A stretch of 64,000 bases of DNA, from assembly GCF_001194135.2 (NCBI RefSeq), contig NC_068984.1:145999208-146063207 (forward strand), written 5' to 3'. The position numbers and the translations under genes are program-made. This DNA comes from Octopus bimaculoides. Taxonomy: Eukaryota. The notes under the pieces are model-generated. The model had not been told where the DNA came from. It saw only the letters and a program-made list of their open reading frames with translations, and made no database searches. Numbering within the stretch: position 1 is the stretch's first letter; every line of letters starts with the position of its first letter. Below, one piece after another: positions 1-10,918 of the stretch.

Positions 1-180
1 CAGAGGTTTATCCTTAGCTAGGTATTTCTCCTGCAGCTGTCTCACTAGAAATAAGGCATCAGTAGTGCTTTTACCTGGCACGAACCCAAACTGCATCTCA
101 TCTAAATTGATTCACTCCCTAATTAGTTGGGCTATGACCCTCTCTGTAACTTTCATAACCTGATCTAACAGCTTGATGCC
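1..180 (-). mobile_element. RTE-clade LINE, reverse transcriptase fragment
   Basis: Minus strand reads GIKLLDQVMKVTERVIAQLIRE*INLDEMQFGFVPGKSTTDALFLVRQLQEKYLAKDKPL, a typical RTE RT segment (QFGF...STTDA.F..RQLQEK). One in-frame stop; runs off the window. Confidence 0.85.
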
Positions 181-230
181 TACACACACACACATATATA
201 TACACACACACATATATATACACACACACA

Positions 231-268
<38 letters not shown>

Positions 269-454
269 GTATGTATACGGGGGGGGGGTGCAAAACAGGT
301 ATACAGTTAGTATCACATCAATGTTATAATAATTAATTCATTAAAACTATTAGCCCTTTAAATTAGCCTCATTTTTGATATTTCCAGTGTCAGTCATCAT
401 AATAATATATTTAGCATAACTATAATACTTTTATCATAACTTATGATTTTTTTT

Positions 455-570
455 TTATATAAATGGCGATCTTTCGATACTAGTCCCGAAACCACGTGTG
501 TTTATTTACATCACTTCCGTAAAAAGTGTTGGGTTAGGGAAGTAGGAAGGAACGCGAGAGCGCGATTTCT
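455..570. promoter_or_regulatory. CpG-enriched housekeeping-promoter-like patch
   Basis: AAATGGCG (YY1-like, 461-468), CACGTG (493-498), ACTTCCG (ETS, 513-519) and ACGCGAGAGCGCGA (~552-565) cluster in otherwise CpG-poor DNA. No linked exon identified. Confidence 0.35.
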
Positions 571-911
571 TTTGAATTTGGCATGTTACTTACCACACAG
601 CTACTCCTACGCCTAGCAGCAAACAATAAGCAAAAATATTGTACGTGTTTTCTTTTTTCATAACTGTATGCCTACTTTTGCACACACACACACACACATA
701 TGTGTGGGTAGGGAGAAAGAGAGACAGGCACACAGAGATGATATAATATGGATTTTATCAGCATGTATTGTATTTTATTGGGTTGGATGGCTACAAAGAT
801 GGCAAAGAGTTAAATAAATACCAAAATTTATAAAACAGTGAAATATGAAAAGGAGTGAAAAACTTTTGTGAAATAACTTTTAAAACTTTGTAAGGAAGAT
901 TGAAACAAAGA

Positions 912-1082
912 ATGGTTTCAAATTCTGGAACAAAACCAGCAACTTTTAGGAGAGGAGAAAGTCAATTACATTGACCCCAGTGCCCAACTGGTACCTTTTT
1001 TTATCCACCCTGAAAGAATGGAAAGCAAATCTGAACCCAGAAGAAATCCCATTAACCATTTTGGACCAAAATGCTAAGGATT
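912..1082 (-). mobile_element. CORE-type SINE, degraded copy
   Basis: Matches the reverse complement of the SINE at 13285-13500 (ttgaccccagtgc.caactggtac...gaaagaatggaaagcaaa). Confidence 0.65.
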
Positions 1083-1137
1083 CTACAAATTGCCACCTTT
1101 GGTCAAAGCAAATAGTGAAATAACTTCAAAAGCATTC

Positions 1138-2390
1138 ATCATAATCATTTAACGTCTGTTTTCCATGCTGGCATGGGTTGGACAGTTTCACTAGGACTGG
1201 CAAGCTAGAAAGCTATACCAGACTCTAGTCTGATTTGGCATGGTCTCTACGGCTGGATGCCCTTCCTAATGCCGACCACTCTAAGAGTGTAATGGGTGCT
1301 TTTACGTGCTACTGGCATGAGTGCCATTTGAGTGTCACCAGTACTTGTCACGACTACGATTTTGCTCAGTTTGATGGATCTTCTTCTCAAGTATGACATA
1401 ATGCCAAAGGTCTTGATCATTGCCTCCATGAGGCCCAACACACGAAAGAAGCTCAGCCATTTTGACTCTGTGAGGCCCAATGCTCAAAAGGTGCTTCAAA
1501 AGTCTCAGTCATTGATCCTGTGAGGCCCAACACTCGAAATGAGCTCAGCCACTTTGCCTTTGTGAGGCCTAACGCTCAAAACGTGCTAGTTATGTGACAC
1601 CAGCATCAGCCACAACTGTGATTTCACTTGGCTTGATGGGTCTTCTCAAGCACAGCATATCACAAAAAGTCTCCGTCACTAGTCATTGCCTCTGTGAGAC
1701 TCAAAGTTTGAAGATCATGCTTCACCACATTGTCCCATGTCTTCTTGGGTCTACCTCTACCACAGGTTCCCTCCACAGCACTTCTTTACACATCTGTCCT
1801 CATTCATACACATCACATGACCATACCAGCACAGTCTCCTCTCTTGCACATCAATAGATTATTTGCATTACAGAACTCCAGTAGTCTTCCCATGCACACC
1901 ATGGAAGATACCAGGCTGTTGCCCGACATCCCTATTGAAATCCCCAGCCACGAAGATGAGATTATTGTCACTCGTCTTTGAGGTAGCCTGCAGAACATCA
2001 TAAAAGTCGACCTTCTGTTCGTTTGGTAGGCCTGGTTGTAGGGCATAAGCAGAGATAATTGTTGCTATACCATTCTGCATGACTAGCCTAAGCTTAAGTA
2101 CTGTGTTGCACACTCTGACTACCTCTATGACTTTATCCACCCTACCACATCATTGTTACCTTCCCAGAAGATTTTATACCTGTGTGTCTTGCTTTGAGGA
2201 ACCTGGCTGAAGCTCCCCTCCACTTTACCTCAACATACATCAACATGCCTCCGTTTAAGCATCTCAACAATCTCACTAGACCTACATTGACAGTGCCAAC
2301 TCTGAGAAAGGGAAAGGGACATGAGAGGGAACATGTGAAGGAGAGATGGTACCCAGCATCTGAAAAGGTTTCACTGAACATTGGATAACA
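1138..2390 (-). mobile_element. RTE-clade LINE with large internal deletion (APE N-half fused to RT C-terminus and 3' UTR)
   Basis: Minus strand: LRVGTVNVG..., MDKVIEVVRV...TIISAYALQPGL...VAGDFN...RLLEFCNANNLL (APE endonuclease), then directly QERRLCWYGHVM...GRGRPKKTWDNVVKHDLQTL (RT C-terminus), then 3' UTR ending ...gacgttaaatgattatgatg. Confidence 0.85.
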
Positions 2391-2740
2391 GACATGTCAC
2401 AACAGTTGTTCTCGCCTTAAACTACCATCATTCAAACATGTTAAAATTGTTGCCCCTATTGGGGGTGAGTGCCATGTAAGCATTGTAAGTATATAAGTGT
2501 TACTGCTGTGAATAAAAATACATCAATGTTTAAATTAAGTGAGTAAATGAGCTGCTCTTGGTTAGTCCATTGCATATAGAGAGAAAGAGAAAGAAAGGGG
2601 TAAGGGGGGTCTGTTAATTTACTAAGTAGCACATCCCCTTTTGGTGCATGTAATAGTGTGGATGATTGCTGGTGATGGGGAGGGAGGGCAGGTGGGGGAC
2701 AGAGGTCTTGTGCAGCAAACCCTGTAGGGGTTTTCAGTAT

Positions 2741-2803
2741 AAGAGAAGAGATTTCCGGTATGAGAGAAGAAATCTCCGGTATGAGAGAAAAGATCTCCGT
2801 TAT
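2741..2803 (+). repeat. 21-bp tandem repeat, 3 units
   Basis: aagagaagagatttccggtat / gagagaagaaatctccggtat / gagagaaaagatctccgttat. Confidence 0.85.
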
Positions 2804-4107
2804 AGGTGGTGGGGGGCAGGAATGGGTGAGTGTATTGCAGTTACGAAAGTTATTAGAGTTATTTTAACTCAAGTACGTTAGCATGTTAGTATTACAAGTT
2901 AAATGAATGAATGATGAGAGATTAAAAACAAGAGAAATTTCTTAGCTTAGCTGCTGGTCATCTCACGTGGTACGACAGTGTCAATAGCAGAGCAAGTGAT
3001 GTGAAGGTTTGGGAAAATCATGTGCGAAGGGTTCTTTATATAATCTACAGAGCCGAAAGTGGTCAAATAAATAGCTGGCTTTGCCACAAGAAATAGAAAT
3101 AGCAGTAAGAAGTTACTAGTGAGGCAGACAGAAAGAGAGAGAGAGGGAGAGACTTGAAAGACTTTGCCACTGTGGGAATTGGTCCTCACCTAATTTCATG
3201 GTCCAGATGAATTCTTAGTGACGGAGGCCACATTCACCACAGTGGGCAGCTGAACACACAGTTTACCAAATGCAGACTAAAAAGTCCTGACAACCATATT
3301 CTTTACAAAGTGTACTAAGCCTATAATACATGGCACCAGCACCAAAGGGGTCGCTATGTCCTTGACATTACTAAAAGTGCCACAAAACTCCATGTCTGGA
3401 AACTGACCAGCTTCTTAACAAGGTGAAAAGCATGGAGGATAGGGGTTGAGAGGGAAGTGCATTAAGCAGTGGGGTGATAGGAGTACTCAGCCTTCTGAGA
3501 TAGGTGTGAATATATCAAAGGCAATGCAGATATATGCAGGAGTGTGGTGTGACCCAAACAACAGGGTGATGACTGAGGCCTATGTTATACAGGAGAGGAG
3601 GAGCAAGAGTAGAGTGGCAGTCAGATTGACATGGGGTGGTGACTGGCAGTAAAGGAGGTGGAGGGGGGAAATGGTAGATTAGGCTGGACAGAAATGGTTT
3701 AATGTAGCCATGTAAGCATAGACTAAAAAAACGTTGTTGAGTGATGAAAGGGTTGACTGAGGAAATGAGAAATAAGGGTTTCCTCTGCCAATGAAAGGGC
3801 TGTTAGGGACAAGGTGAGAGAAGGGGGTAATAGGATTCTTAGTTACATTGGAAACAATGTACAGCAGGAATTGAGAAGATGGAGTGATTGGGAGATAAAC
3901 AATAGACATGCATGGCTAAACAGAAAATGAGTAATACAGGCATTGGGGAGGAAGTCTAGTTACATATATATATACACATATATATACACATATATATACA
4001 CATATATATAGTTATGGCGTTAGGTCGTCAAGTATGAAATTTGTAGTAAGATATATAGTAAACTTCGACGGCTGCTCATGAAGATAGGTTACCAAAATAT
4101 ATATATA

Positions 4108-4151
<44 letters not shown>

Positions 4152-4264
4152 CACACACACACAGAAGAAATAATGGAGAGAAACAAAAGATAGGTTACCA
4201 AAATATATATATATGTATGTATGTATATGTGTGTGTATGTATATATATATATATATATATATAT

Positions 4265-4567
4265 NNNNNNNNNNNNNNNNNNNNNNNNNNNNNNNNNNNN
4301 NNNNNNNNNNNNNNNNNNNNNNNNNNNNNNNNNNNNNNNNNNNNNNNNNNNNNNNNNNNNNNNNNNNNNNNNNNNNNNNNNNNNNNNNNNNNNNNNNNNN
4401 NNNNNNNNNNNNNNNNNNNNNNNNNNNNNNNNNNNNNNNNNNNNNNNNNNNNNNNNNNNNNNNNNNNNNNNNNNNNNNNNNNNNNNNNNNNNNNNNNNNN
4501 NNNNNNNNNNNNNNNNNNNNNNNNNNNNNNNNNNNNNNNNNNNNNNNNNNNNNNNNNNNNNNNNNNN
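4265..4567. other. Assembly gap (others: 16584-16952, 17720-18077, 20872-21042, 27443-27617, 33856-34075, 48101-48110, 57581-58023, 60783-60953, 62016-62283, 63914-63931)
   Basis: N runs, mostly bordered by (TA)n or other simple repeats. Confidence 0.99.
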
Positions 4568-4575
4568 GAGAAAGT

Positions 4576-4611
4576 CTTTTACGTTTCGAGCCTATGCTCT
4601 TCAACCGAAAG
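4576..4611 (-). ncRNA. Minimal type I hammerhead-like fold with variant core
   Basis: CUUU-CGGUUGA-A-GAGC auag GCUC-GAAAC-GUA-AAAG. Stems I and II pair perfectly, but the core is CGGUUGA rather than CUGANGA. Same family as 48126-48161. Confidence 0.45.
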
Positions 4612-4664
4612 GAACACAGAAATAAACAGGGAGAGAAAATTAAAAACAGGTTTAGTGGCTAGCG

Positions 4665-4972
4665 AAGGTGCATGAGTGGCTGTGTTGGTAAGTAGCTTGC
4701 TTACCAGCCACATGGTTCCGGGTTCAGTCCCACTGTGTGGCACCTTGGCCAAGTGTCTTCTGCTATAGCCTCAGGCTGACCAAGGCCTTGTGAGTAGATT
4801 TGGTAGACGGAAACTGAAAGAAGCCTGTCGTATATATATATGTGTTTGTCTGTGTGTGTTTTATGTGTCTGCATTTGTGCCTCCAGCCTCGCTTGACAAC
4901 TGATGCTGTTGTGTTTATGTCCCTATAACTTAGCAGTTCGACAAAAGAGATCAATAGAATAAGTACTAGGCT
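4665..4972 (+). mobile_element. tRNA-derived SINE, family A
   Basis: Head gagtggctgtg.tggtaagtagcttgc...ggttccgggttcagtccc (box A/B-like), body with internal TA/GT run; multiple copies in the window. Confidence 0.85.
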
Positions 4973-5253
4973 ATACAGTTTTTAAATTTAAGAGGTGAGG
5001 AATTATGTACATTATTTACATTATTTACATTTGACTGATATTTGTCCTCATCTTGTTTGTTGTTAACACAACGTTTCGGCTGATATACCCTACAGCCTTC
5101 ATCAGGTGTCTTGGGGAAATTTCGAACCTGGGTTCTCATTCCTAAGGTATTATATGTTGTTATTGTTATTATTATTCAGGTCACTGCCTGGAATCGAACT
5201 CAGAATTTTGGGGTTAGTAGCCACTACACCATATGCCCGTGGGCATATGGTGT
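4973..5253 (-). mobile_element. tRNA-headed SINE-like element carrying a hammerhead ribozyme
   Basis: Minus strand: box A-like TGGTGTAGTGG, box B GAGTTCGATTCC, a (TAA)-like linker, the hammerhead at 5110-5065, then an AT-rich tail. The 5' end is a 13-bp-arm palindrome (5226-5253). Confidence 0.7.
5065..5110 (-). ncRNA. Minimal type I hammerhead ribozyme (Penelope-type)
   Basis: GACAC-CUGAUGA-A-GGCUG uaggguauau CAGCC-GAAAC-GUU^GUGUU. Canonical core, 5-bp stems I and II, and a loopless palindromic stem III (AACGUU). Confidence 0.8.
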
Positions 5254-6114
5254 TCCTTCATATCGAGCATCACAAAAATAATGGTCATCAGTTTGAAAAG
5301 AGGCATTCATTAAGAGAAAGAAAGAAATTCTCTCTGTAGATTCTACTAAAGTTTGAAAATGGAAAGCATTTTAATAAACACAGACTTTATAATTATTAAT
5401 GTATGTAAATACATTTTGGACACACACACACATTTTCATATGTATTTATGCATTCTTTGACAATTATTGACATGCAGCCTGTTTTGCTTGAAGTGTGGGG
5501 TTGGGAGAAAGGGACATCTGCTTCTGCCCCAGCCTGATCAGTCATTAATGACTGATAGTAATTAGTAATTAATTACTATGGAAACATCTGGCTGTATGTC
5601 AGAGCCCACTGATTGCTGCCGAATGATTGCATGAATCTTGTTTCTTTCTGATATAGAAAACGAACACCAAATGAGACAAAGCGACGCGGCTGACTGAAAT
5701 GAGACAAATTGATATGGCTCACTGGAATGAGATAAATAGATATGGCTGACTAAATATTCTGTCTGCTCTTGGTGACAATACTTTTTTGACACTGGAGGCA
5801 CACACACACACAGAAATATACACCTCCAGAGAGAGAGAGAGAAACATTGTATATACATGACAAGACATTCACACACAAAAACAAAGAGAGAATGGGCGTG
5901 AGAGATAGAAACATTAAAACATGTGATATCATAGTACGAAAGCAGCTGGGCCAAAATGTCACCTACTCAAGCTACCCATCCACCAATAGAAATTCCATCC
6001 CTCTGTCAGGTTCAAGATTTAAAGGATGCCACCATCAAAGTTGGTACACTATAAGGTAGGTTTGGGAGAAATTAAAGGGCTGCTGGAATGAAGCAAAGTC
6101 ATAATAATGATAAT

Positions 6115-6292
6115 CATCATCATCATCGTCATCATCGTTTAATGTCCATTTTCCATGCTGGCATGGGTTGGACAATTTGACTGAGGTCTGGCAAGCCAGG
6201 AGGCTGCACCGGGCTCCAATCTGATCTGGCAATGCTTCCACAGCTGGATGCCTTTCCTAACGCCAACCACTCCGAGAGTGTAGGGGGTGCTT
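6115..6292 (-). mobile_element. RTE 3'-UTR-derived short element with (GAT)n tail
   Basis: (cat)n cgtttaatgtcc.tttccatgctggcatgggttggac...ggatgcctttcctaacgcc, the same 3' end as the RTE at 1138-2390. Confidence 0.8.
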
Positions 6293-6297
6293 TAATA

Positions 6298-6510
6298 ATA
6301 CTAATGGTTTCAAATTTTGCCACAAAGGCAGCCATTTTGGGGGAGGGGATGAGTCGATTACATTGACCCCAGTGTTCAACTGGTACTTATTTTATCAACC
6401 CTGAAAGGATGAAAGGCAAAGTTGACCTTGGCAGAATTTGAACTCAGAATGTAGCGACAGACAAAATACCACTAAGCATTTCGCCCAGTGTGCTAACGAT
6501 TCTACCAGTT
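6298..6510 (-). mobile_element. CORE-type SINE
   Basis: Reverse complement has box B gttcaaatt and the CORE-like segment ctttgcctttcatcctttcagggttgataaaataagtaccag. Confidence 0.8.
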
Positions 6511-6544
6511 CATCATAATAATAATAATGTTCATTTATCATTGC

Positions 6545-6905
6545 TGACAATGACCAGGACATTATATGTGAGAAGAAGATAGATCACAGTGTGTCCAGCT
6601 GTGCCCAGTCAGGCCAATGTGTGCTCAGAAGGTTCGGCTGCAAGTTGGGCTCTGCTGGGAATGAAGGCAAAGAGTTGGCTCTTTGTGCTCTTGCGATCCT
6701 GTTCTACTGAGGGAGGCGGTAGAGTAGATGTGGACTGAATAGAAGATTGAGGACAGCAAGGCTAGGTTTCTTGTGAACAGGGAATCCAGGTACAAATTCT
6801 TCCGAGTAGAATGCAATGATGGAGCAGGCAAAGGAGATGTGTTGTTGGCCGGGAAAGGGTTCGTTGAAGTAATTGAGGTCGTCAGAGTATATACAAACAT
6901 AATCT
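6545..6905 (-). mobile_element. RT fragment of a restriction-like-endonuclease non-LTR element (NeSL/Utopia/R2-like)
   Basis: Minus strand DYVCIYSDDLN (YADD-like), then LAVLNLLFSPHLLYRLPQ and GTAGHTVIYLLLT, resembling the post-YADD region of NeSL/Utopia RTs. Frameshifted. Confidence 0.5.
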
Positions 6906-7990
6906 AAACAAGACAAGTCATGGCCAATATGGTGGTGTTTATCTCTAAATATGCATCAAAAGTCTTGCGACCTACTTTGATAACAAGTGACAGTGACCTC
7001 ATTACCATAGCAGGTGACTCACACGTGTGTGTGTGTGTGTGTATGTGGGTGTGCGTGCATGTGTATGCATGCGCATGCTTGCATGTGTGTGGTAAGCGTG
7101 TTGGGCTATACCATAATGGTTTCTCATATAAAACAATCAAGTTCCCCGGAGACTCCCAGGAGGTGCTCTTGGGTCTTGAATAATCGTCTCCCACCCCTGC
7201 TTATTTATTTTTCAGAGCACCATTGACGTACAAAGCGATAAGGATATTCTTGACTGTAAAAATGTAATGATTTGGATAATCTTAATTGTATGGTTTTATT
7301 TTTATCTGTTTTTCTTGTTTTGTTATGAGATTGTAACGAAAAGGATGTAAATGTTTACAATTTACATCCGGACTAATACCATTCTTGACATTGCTGTGAG
7401 CTACCAACAATTAGGAGCAATGTGCAGCTGTTCTGTTGCAACCATATCTAAAATAAGATTTCCCTGAACATAACTTAACTAAAAAGGTGCAGGAGTGGCT
7501 ATGTGGTAAGTAGCTTGCTTACCAACCACATGGTTTCGGATTCAGTCCCACTGCGTGGCACCTTGGGCAAGTGTCATCTACTATAGCCTCGGGCCGACCA
7601 AAGCCTTGTGAGTGGATTTGGTAGACGGAAACTGAAAGAAGCTCGTCATGTATATATATATACCAGTTTAACAAAGCTTTAAAGTCCATACTGTCAGCAC
7701 CATATTTGGTCTTAAATAACTGACAAGCACGTAATCTTATCTCGGTGGTGCTTGCACCAAAACCTTCATCACATTTGTTACATATCAAATGATAATGTTC
7801 AGTCTCTAACTCAGGGAATTTTGCAGATTTACCAATATTGGCACGTTTATTACAAGGTACAGTTTTAAGTTTGTCGTACTGTTTATGCCAATTTCGAACA
7901 TTGGATTCATTAACGTTAAAATGCCTTCCAGCAGCTCTATTGCCACGTTCAAATGCATATTCAACAATATTTCATTTCTCCTTCATAGTA
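6906..7990 (-). mobile_element. pogo-family (POGK-like) transposase fossil
   Basis: KEK*NIVEYAFERGNRAAGRHFNVNESNVRNW...KFPELE...STTEIRLRA...FKALLNW (Brinker DBD plus CENP-B HTH), then DDE_1-like remnants (RPKSTSWE..., ILAMTCLV). Interrupted by a SINE and a GT repeat. Confidence 0.75.
7485..7660 (+). mobile_element. tRNA-derived SINE family A (5' half), inserted in the pogo fossil
   Basis: aggtgcaggagtggctatgtggtaagtagcttgcttacc...gaaactgaaagaagc. Confidence 0.85.
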
Positions 7991-8042
7991 AATGATTCAT
8001 AAGTTTTGTTGTGCAAATTTTAGGGAAAAAAATTGTAAAATT

Positions 8043-9590
8043 ATGGAAAATTTGTTGGCAGGTTTGCTTGAGTTGCAAAAACAGCAACTGAAAGAACAAC
8101 AGCAGCAGATACAACAGGAGCAACGACAACAACAATATTATAGCAACAAATGCTGCAATTACTGAAGTTGTCAGGAATGCCAGAAAAAGTGTTCTCGACA
8201 GACTTTGTCTCAAACTCCATAACAGAGTTCAAATACGAACCTGACGAAGGAATTACCTTCGAAGCATTCTACAGAAGATATGAGCAAATCTTGGAGAAAG
8301 AATGGTAAAGATTAGAATGATGAGATGAAAACGCACTTAATCTTGAGAGAATTGGTGGCAGCAGAACATGAATGATACAGTTATTATATACTCCCAAGAA
8401 AACCTTTCAGACACAAACTTTAATGACACAATAAACATATTATGTAAAAGTTTCAGTGAAAAAAGTTCATTGTTCGACACACGTTGGAAGTGTTTGAACA
8501 TAGAGAAAAACAATGATGAGGACTACATCAGATATGCAGGTAGAGTTAGCAGGGAATATGAGAAGTTTAAGCTGGATGAATTAACACCAGATATGTTCAA
8601 ATGCCTGATTTTTACACAGGGACTTACTGCTGAAAAATAGGCAGAATTTAGAACTAGAATTCTCGCAAAACCAGGATGTAATCTTACAGCAAGTATCAGA
8701 AGAATGTGAAAGGATAGTCAAATTAAGACACAACACAGAGGAAATTGGAAGTAAAAGATTGCTCGTAAGTAAAGTAAGTGTGAAGCAGTAAGAATAAAGA
8801 TAAAGTGTTTTCTAAAAACCACAACAAAAATCTCGAAATAAACCCATGTTTTGCATGTTTTACAAACAAAAAAGGTAAAGATTAATGTGTAAAGATTAAA
8901 ACTCACGTAATCTATTCGGCACATAGTGGATGGAACTATTCAAAGTATGGAATACACCCATATGTGTTCCGTGTGGAAATATAGTCAGTTCAATCAATGA
9001 CTGAAATGAGGCCGAAGGAGTGAAACAAAAAATTGCAGTAAAACCGAGTGGAACACTTGTTTGTAAATCAAAACAAAATAAAAAACTGCTCACAAAAAAA
9101 GGTAAACATTGTTCAGTGGTCAAGACTACACATCGATTTCACTGGTCCTTCAAATGGCTCATACTACTTAGTGGTAGTTGATAGTTTTGCAAAATAGCCT
9201 GAAATTCACAAGTATAAAAAAACCAACCTCCTCGAGTGTGATCAATTTTTTACTCAAATTGTTTGCAAGATTTGGCATCCCAGACAAGATAGTGTCTGAC
9301 AATGGAATGTGATTTGTGTCTGTTGAATTAAAAAAATTTTGTGAAATGTTCACCATAGAACATATAACTATGGCACCATACCATTCCAGATCTAATGGAG
9401 AGACAGAACGCTTTGTTGATACCTTCAAAAGTCCTTAGAAAATCAAATAAGGAAGTCACAGATGAGGAGATAGCTCTACAAGAATTTTTAAGAGTGAACC
9501 GTTTGACACTGAACCTGAATACACCAGCAGAGCTGATGTCTGCAAGGAAAGTAGAATCAGTCTTTGGTAAATTGTTACCTGGCAAGAAAA
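8043..9590 (+). mobile_element. Gypsy LTR retrotransposon remnant (Mag/K02A2.6-like gag plus integrase core)
   Basis: gag: MENLLAGLLELQKQQ...TEFKYEPDEGITFEAFYRRYE...SLFDTRWKCL...FKCLIFTQGL. Integrase: WSRLHIDFTGP...LVVVDSFAK...FARFGIPDKIVSDNG...APYHSRSNGETERFVDTFK. Stops and frameshifts; no LTRs seen. Confidence 0.85.
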
Positions 9591-9676
9591 CGTGCAGATC
9601 TCTGACAGCAGGCTGCTGTCCACTCTCACAGAATCTACCAGAACAAACAAGACCGAATGTTCTGGGAAGTAAAATG

Positions 9677-9710
<34 letters not shown>

Positions 9711-10636
9711 ATAATGCATACCCTGTGCACAGATAAATTTTTCCACAAATTATAAAGTATGGCTTACAATGTGTTGCTTATCTATGCCTTTTAATGGAAT
9801 TGAATTATTATTTTTTTTTTAAGCATCACCATTTCACTCTAGTGAAGTTAAGAAATCAACTTGTAAATAAATGAAACCCTCGAATCCGTCAGTGTATACA
9901 CACACATATCTATGTATGTATGTACCCACATGTGTCTACATGCATAGGTACACCATGATCTATACACATGCAGATGAGGGTCGATTCATATGAAAAAGAA
10001 AGTGAACAAAATATGACCGCTTGCTTATCAGGAAATTTGTAAGTTGAAGCAAAATCCCAGTCGTGGCAGATATCAGTGTCACACAAATGGCAAAAGCACA
10101 TCCATTACACTCTTAGAATGGTTGGCATTAGGAAGGGCATCCGACCGTAGAAAACCATGCCAAATCAGAATATGAGTCTGGTGCATACCATTCTCTTTCC
10201 ATTATAAATTTTCATTAAATTTCATTACAAGACCTCTGTCTTATCGAAGTCCAGATTTTTAAAAAAATGAAATTGAAGGGTTTCTCAGAACACCCTTTTA
10301 GCAAATATTGCATGACCTTATTTGAAGCTTTTGATTTTGAGTTGTCTCGTCGATAATAGATGCTACGCTCATCATTTTAAGCCTATTAATACTTTAGTAC
10401 TGTAGTAATAGTTGCATTAATATATGGGAAGTAATCTATAGCAAAACTGGGTGTTTATGTAACCTATTTACAGTCAGGGTGACTGAGCCATTAAAATTAA
10501 ATGTTTCAGTCGAGTCAACTGATCTGCTTTTGTTTGTTAATAAATTAGTCAGAAGAAGAGGATCAACAACAGAGTTAATTACGTTTACTCGGCCTTCAAA
10601 TAATTGCTAATCTAGACTTATATAGTTGTCGTTTAG

Positions 10637-10918
10637 TTGGAACTTCCATAGATCAATATTTACGAGTAAGGAATTCAGGCAGTGATGGTGGTGCCGTTGG
10701 AGAGAGAAAAGGACTTGATGAAGAATTTAGTGTACAGGATCCGAAACGAAATGACACATGTAGTTGGACTGACAGACGGAGAAGAGATAGCTAGAGGTGA
10801 CATAGACTTGGTCAGAGAGGTCACGCTACAAGTCAAGCTCAGAGTCATTGCTGTACAAACAATGGCCGTGGTCGTGAGAGTAAACTGTGTCTATAAACTC
10901 ACGATTGTGTCACGTTGG
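10637..10918 (+). other. Candidate exon (possibly 5' UTR plus start), unidentified gene
   Basis: GC/CpG-richer non-repeat block with a possible acceptor gtcgtttag (10636) and strong donor TG|GTGAGT (10919). One open frame 10682-10918 includes acaaacaATGGCC (ATG 10862). Protein not recognised. Confidence 0.3.

Noticed and set aside
1430-1585. Short repeats gggcctcaca/tgtgaggccc with variable spacers, superficially CRISPR-like
   Set aside because: They lie within an RTE 3' UTR in a eukaryotic genome, are degenerate, and have no cas genes nearby.
3180-3910. Possible LINE ORF2 C-terminus on the minus strand (GSHHTP, HTYLRRL, VFSCPLW-like fragments)
   Set aside because: Motifs are too short and scattered across frames to support a call without a profile search.
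8241-8264. CTGACGA-AGG aatta CCTT-CGAAG, hammerhead-like
   Set aside because: It has GAAG instead of GAAA, no stems I/III, and is explained by gag coding (EPDEGITFEA).
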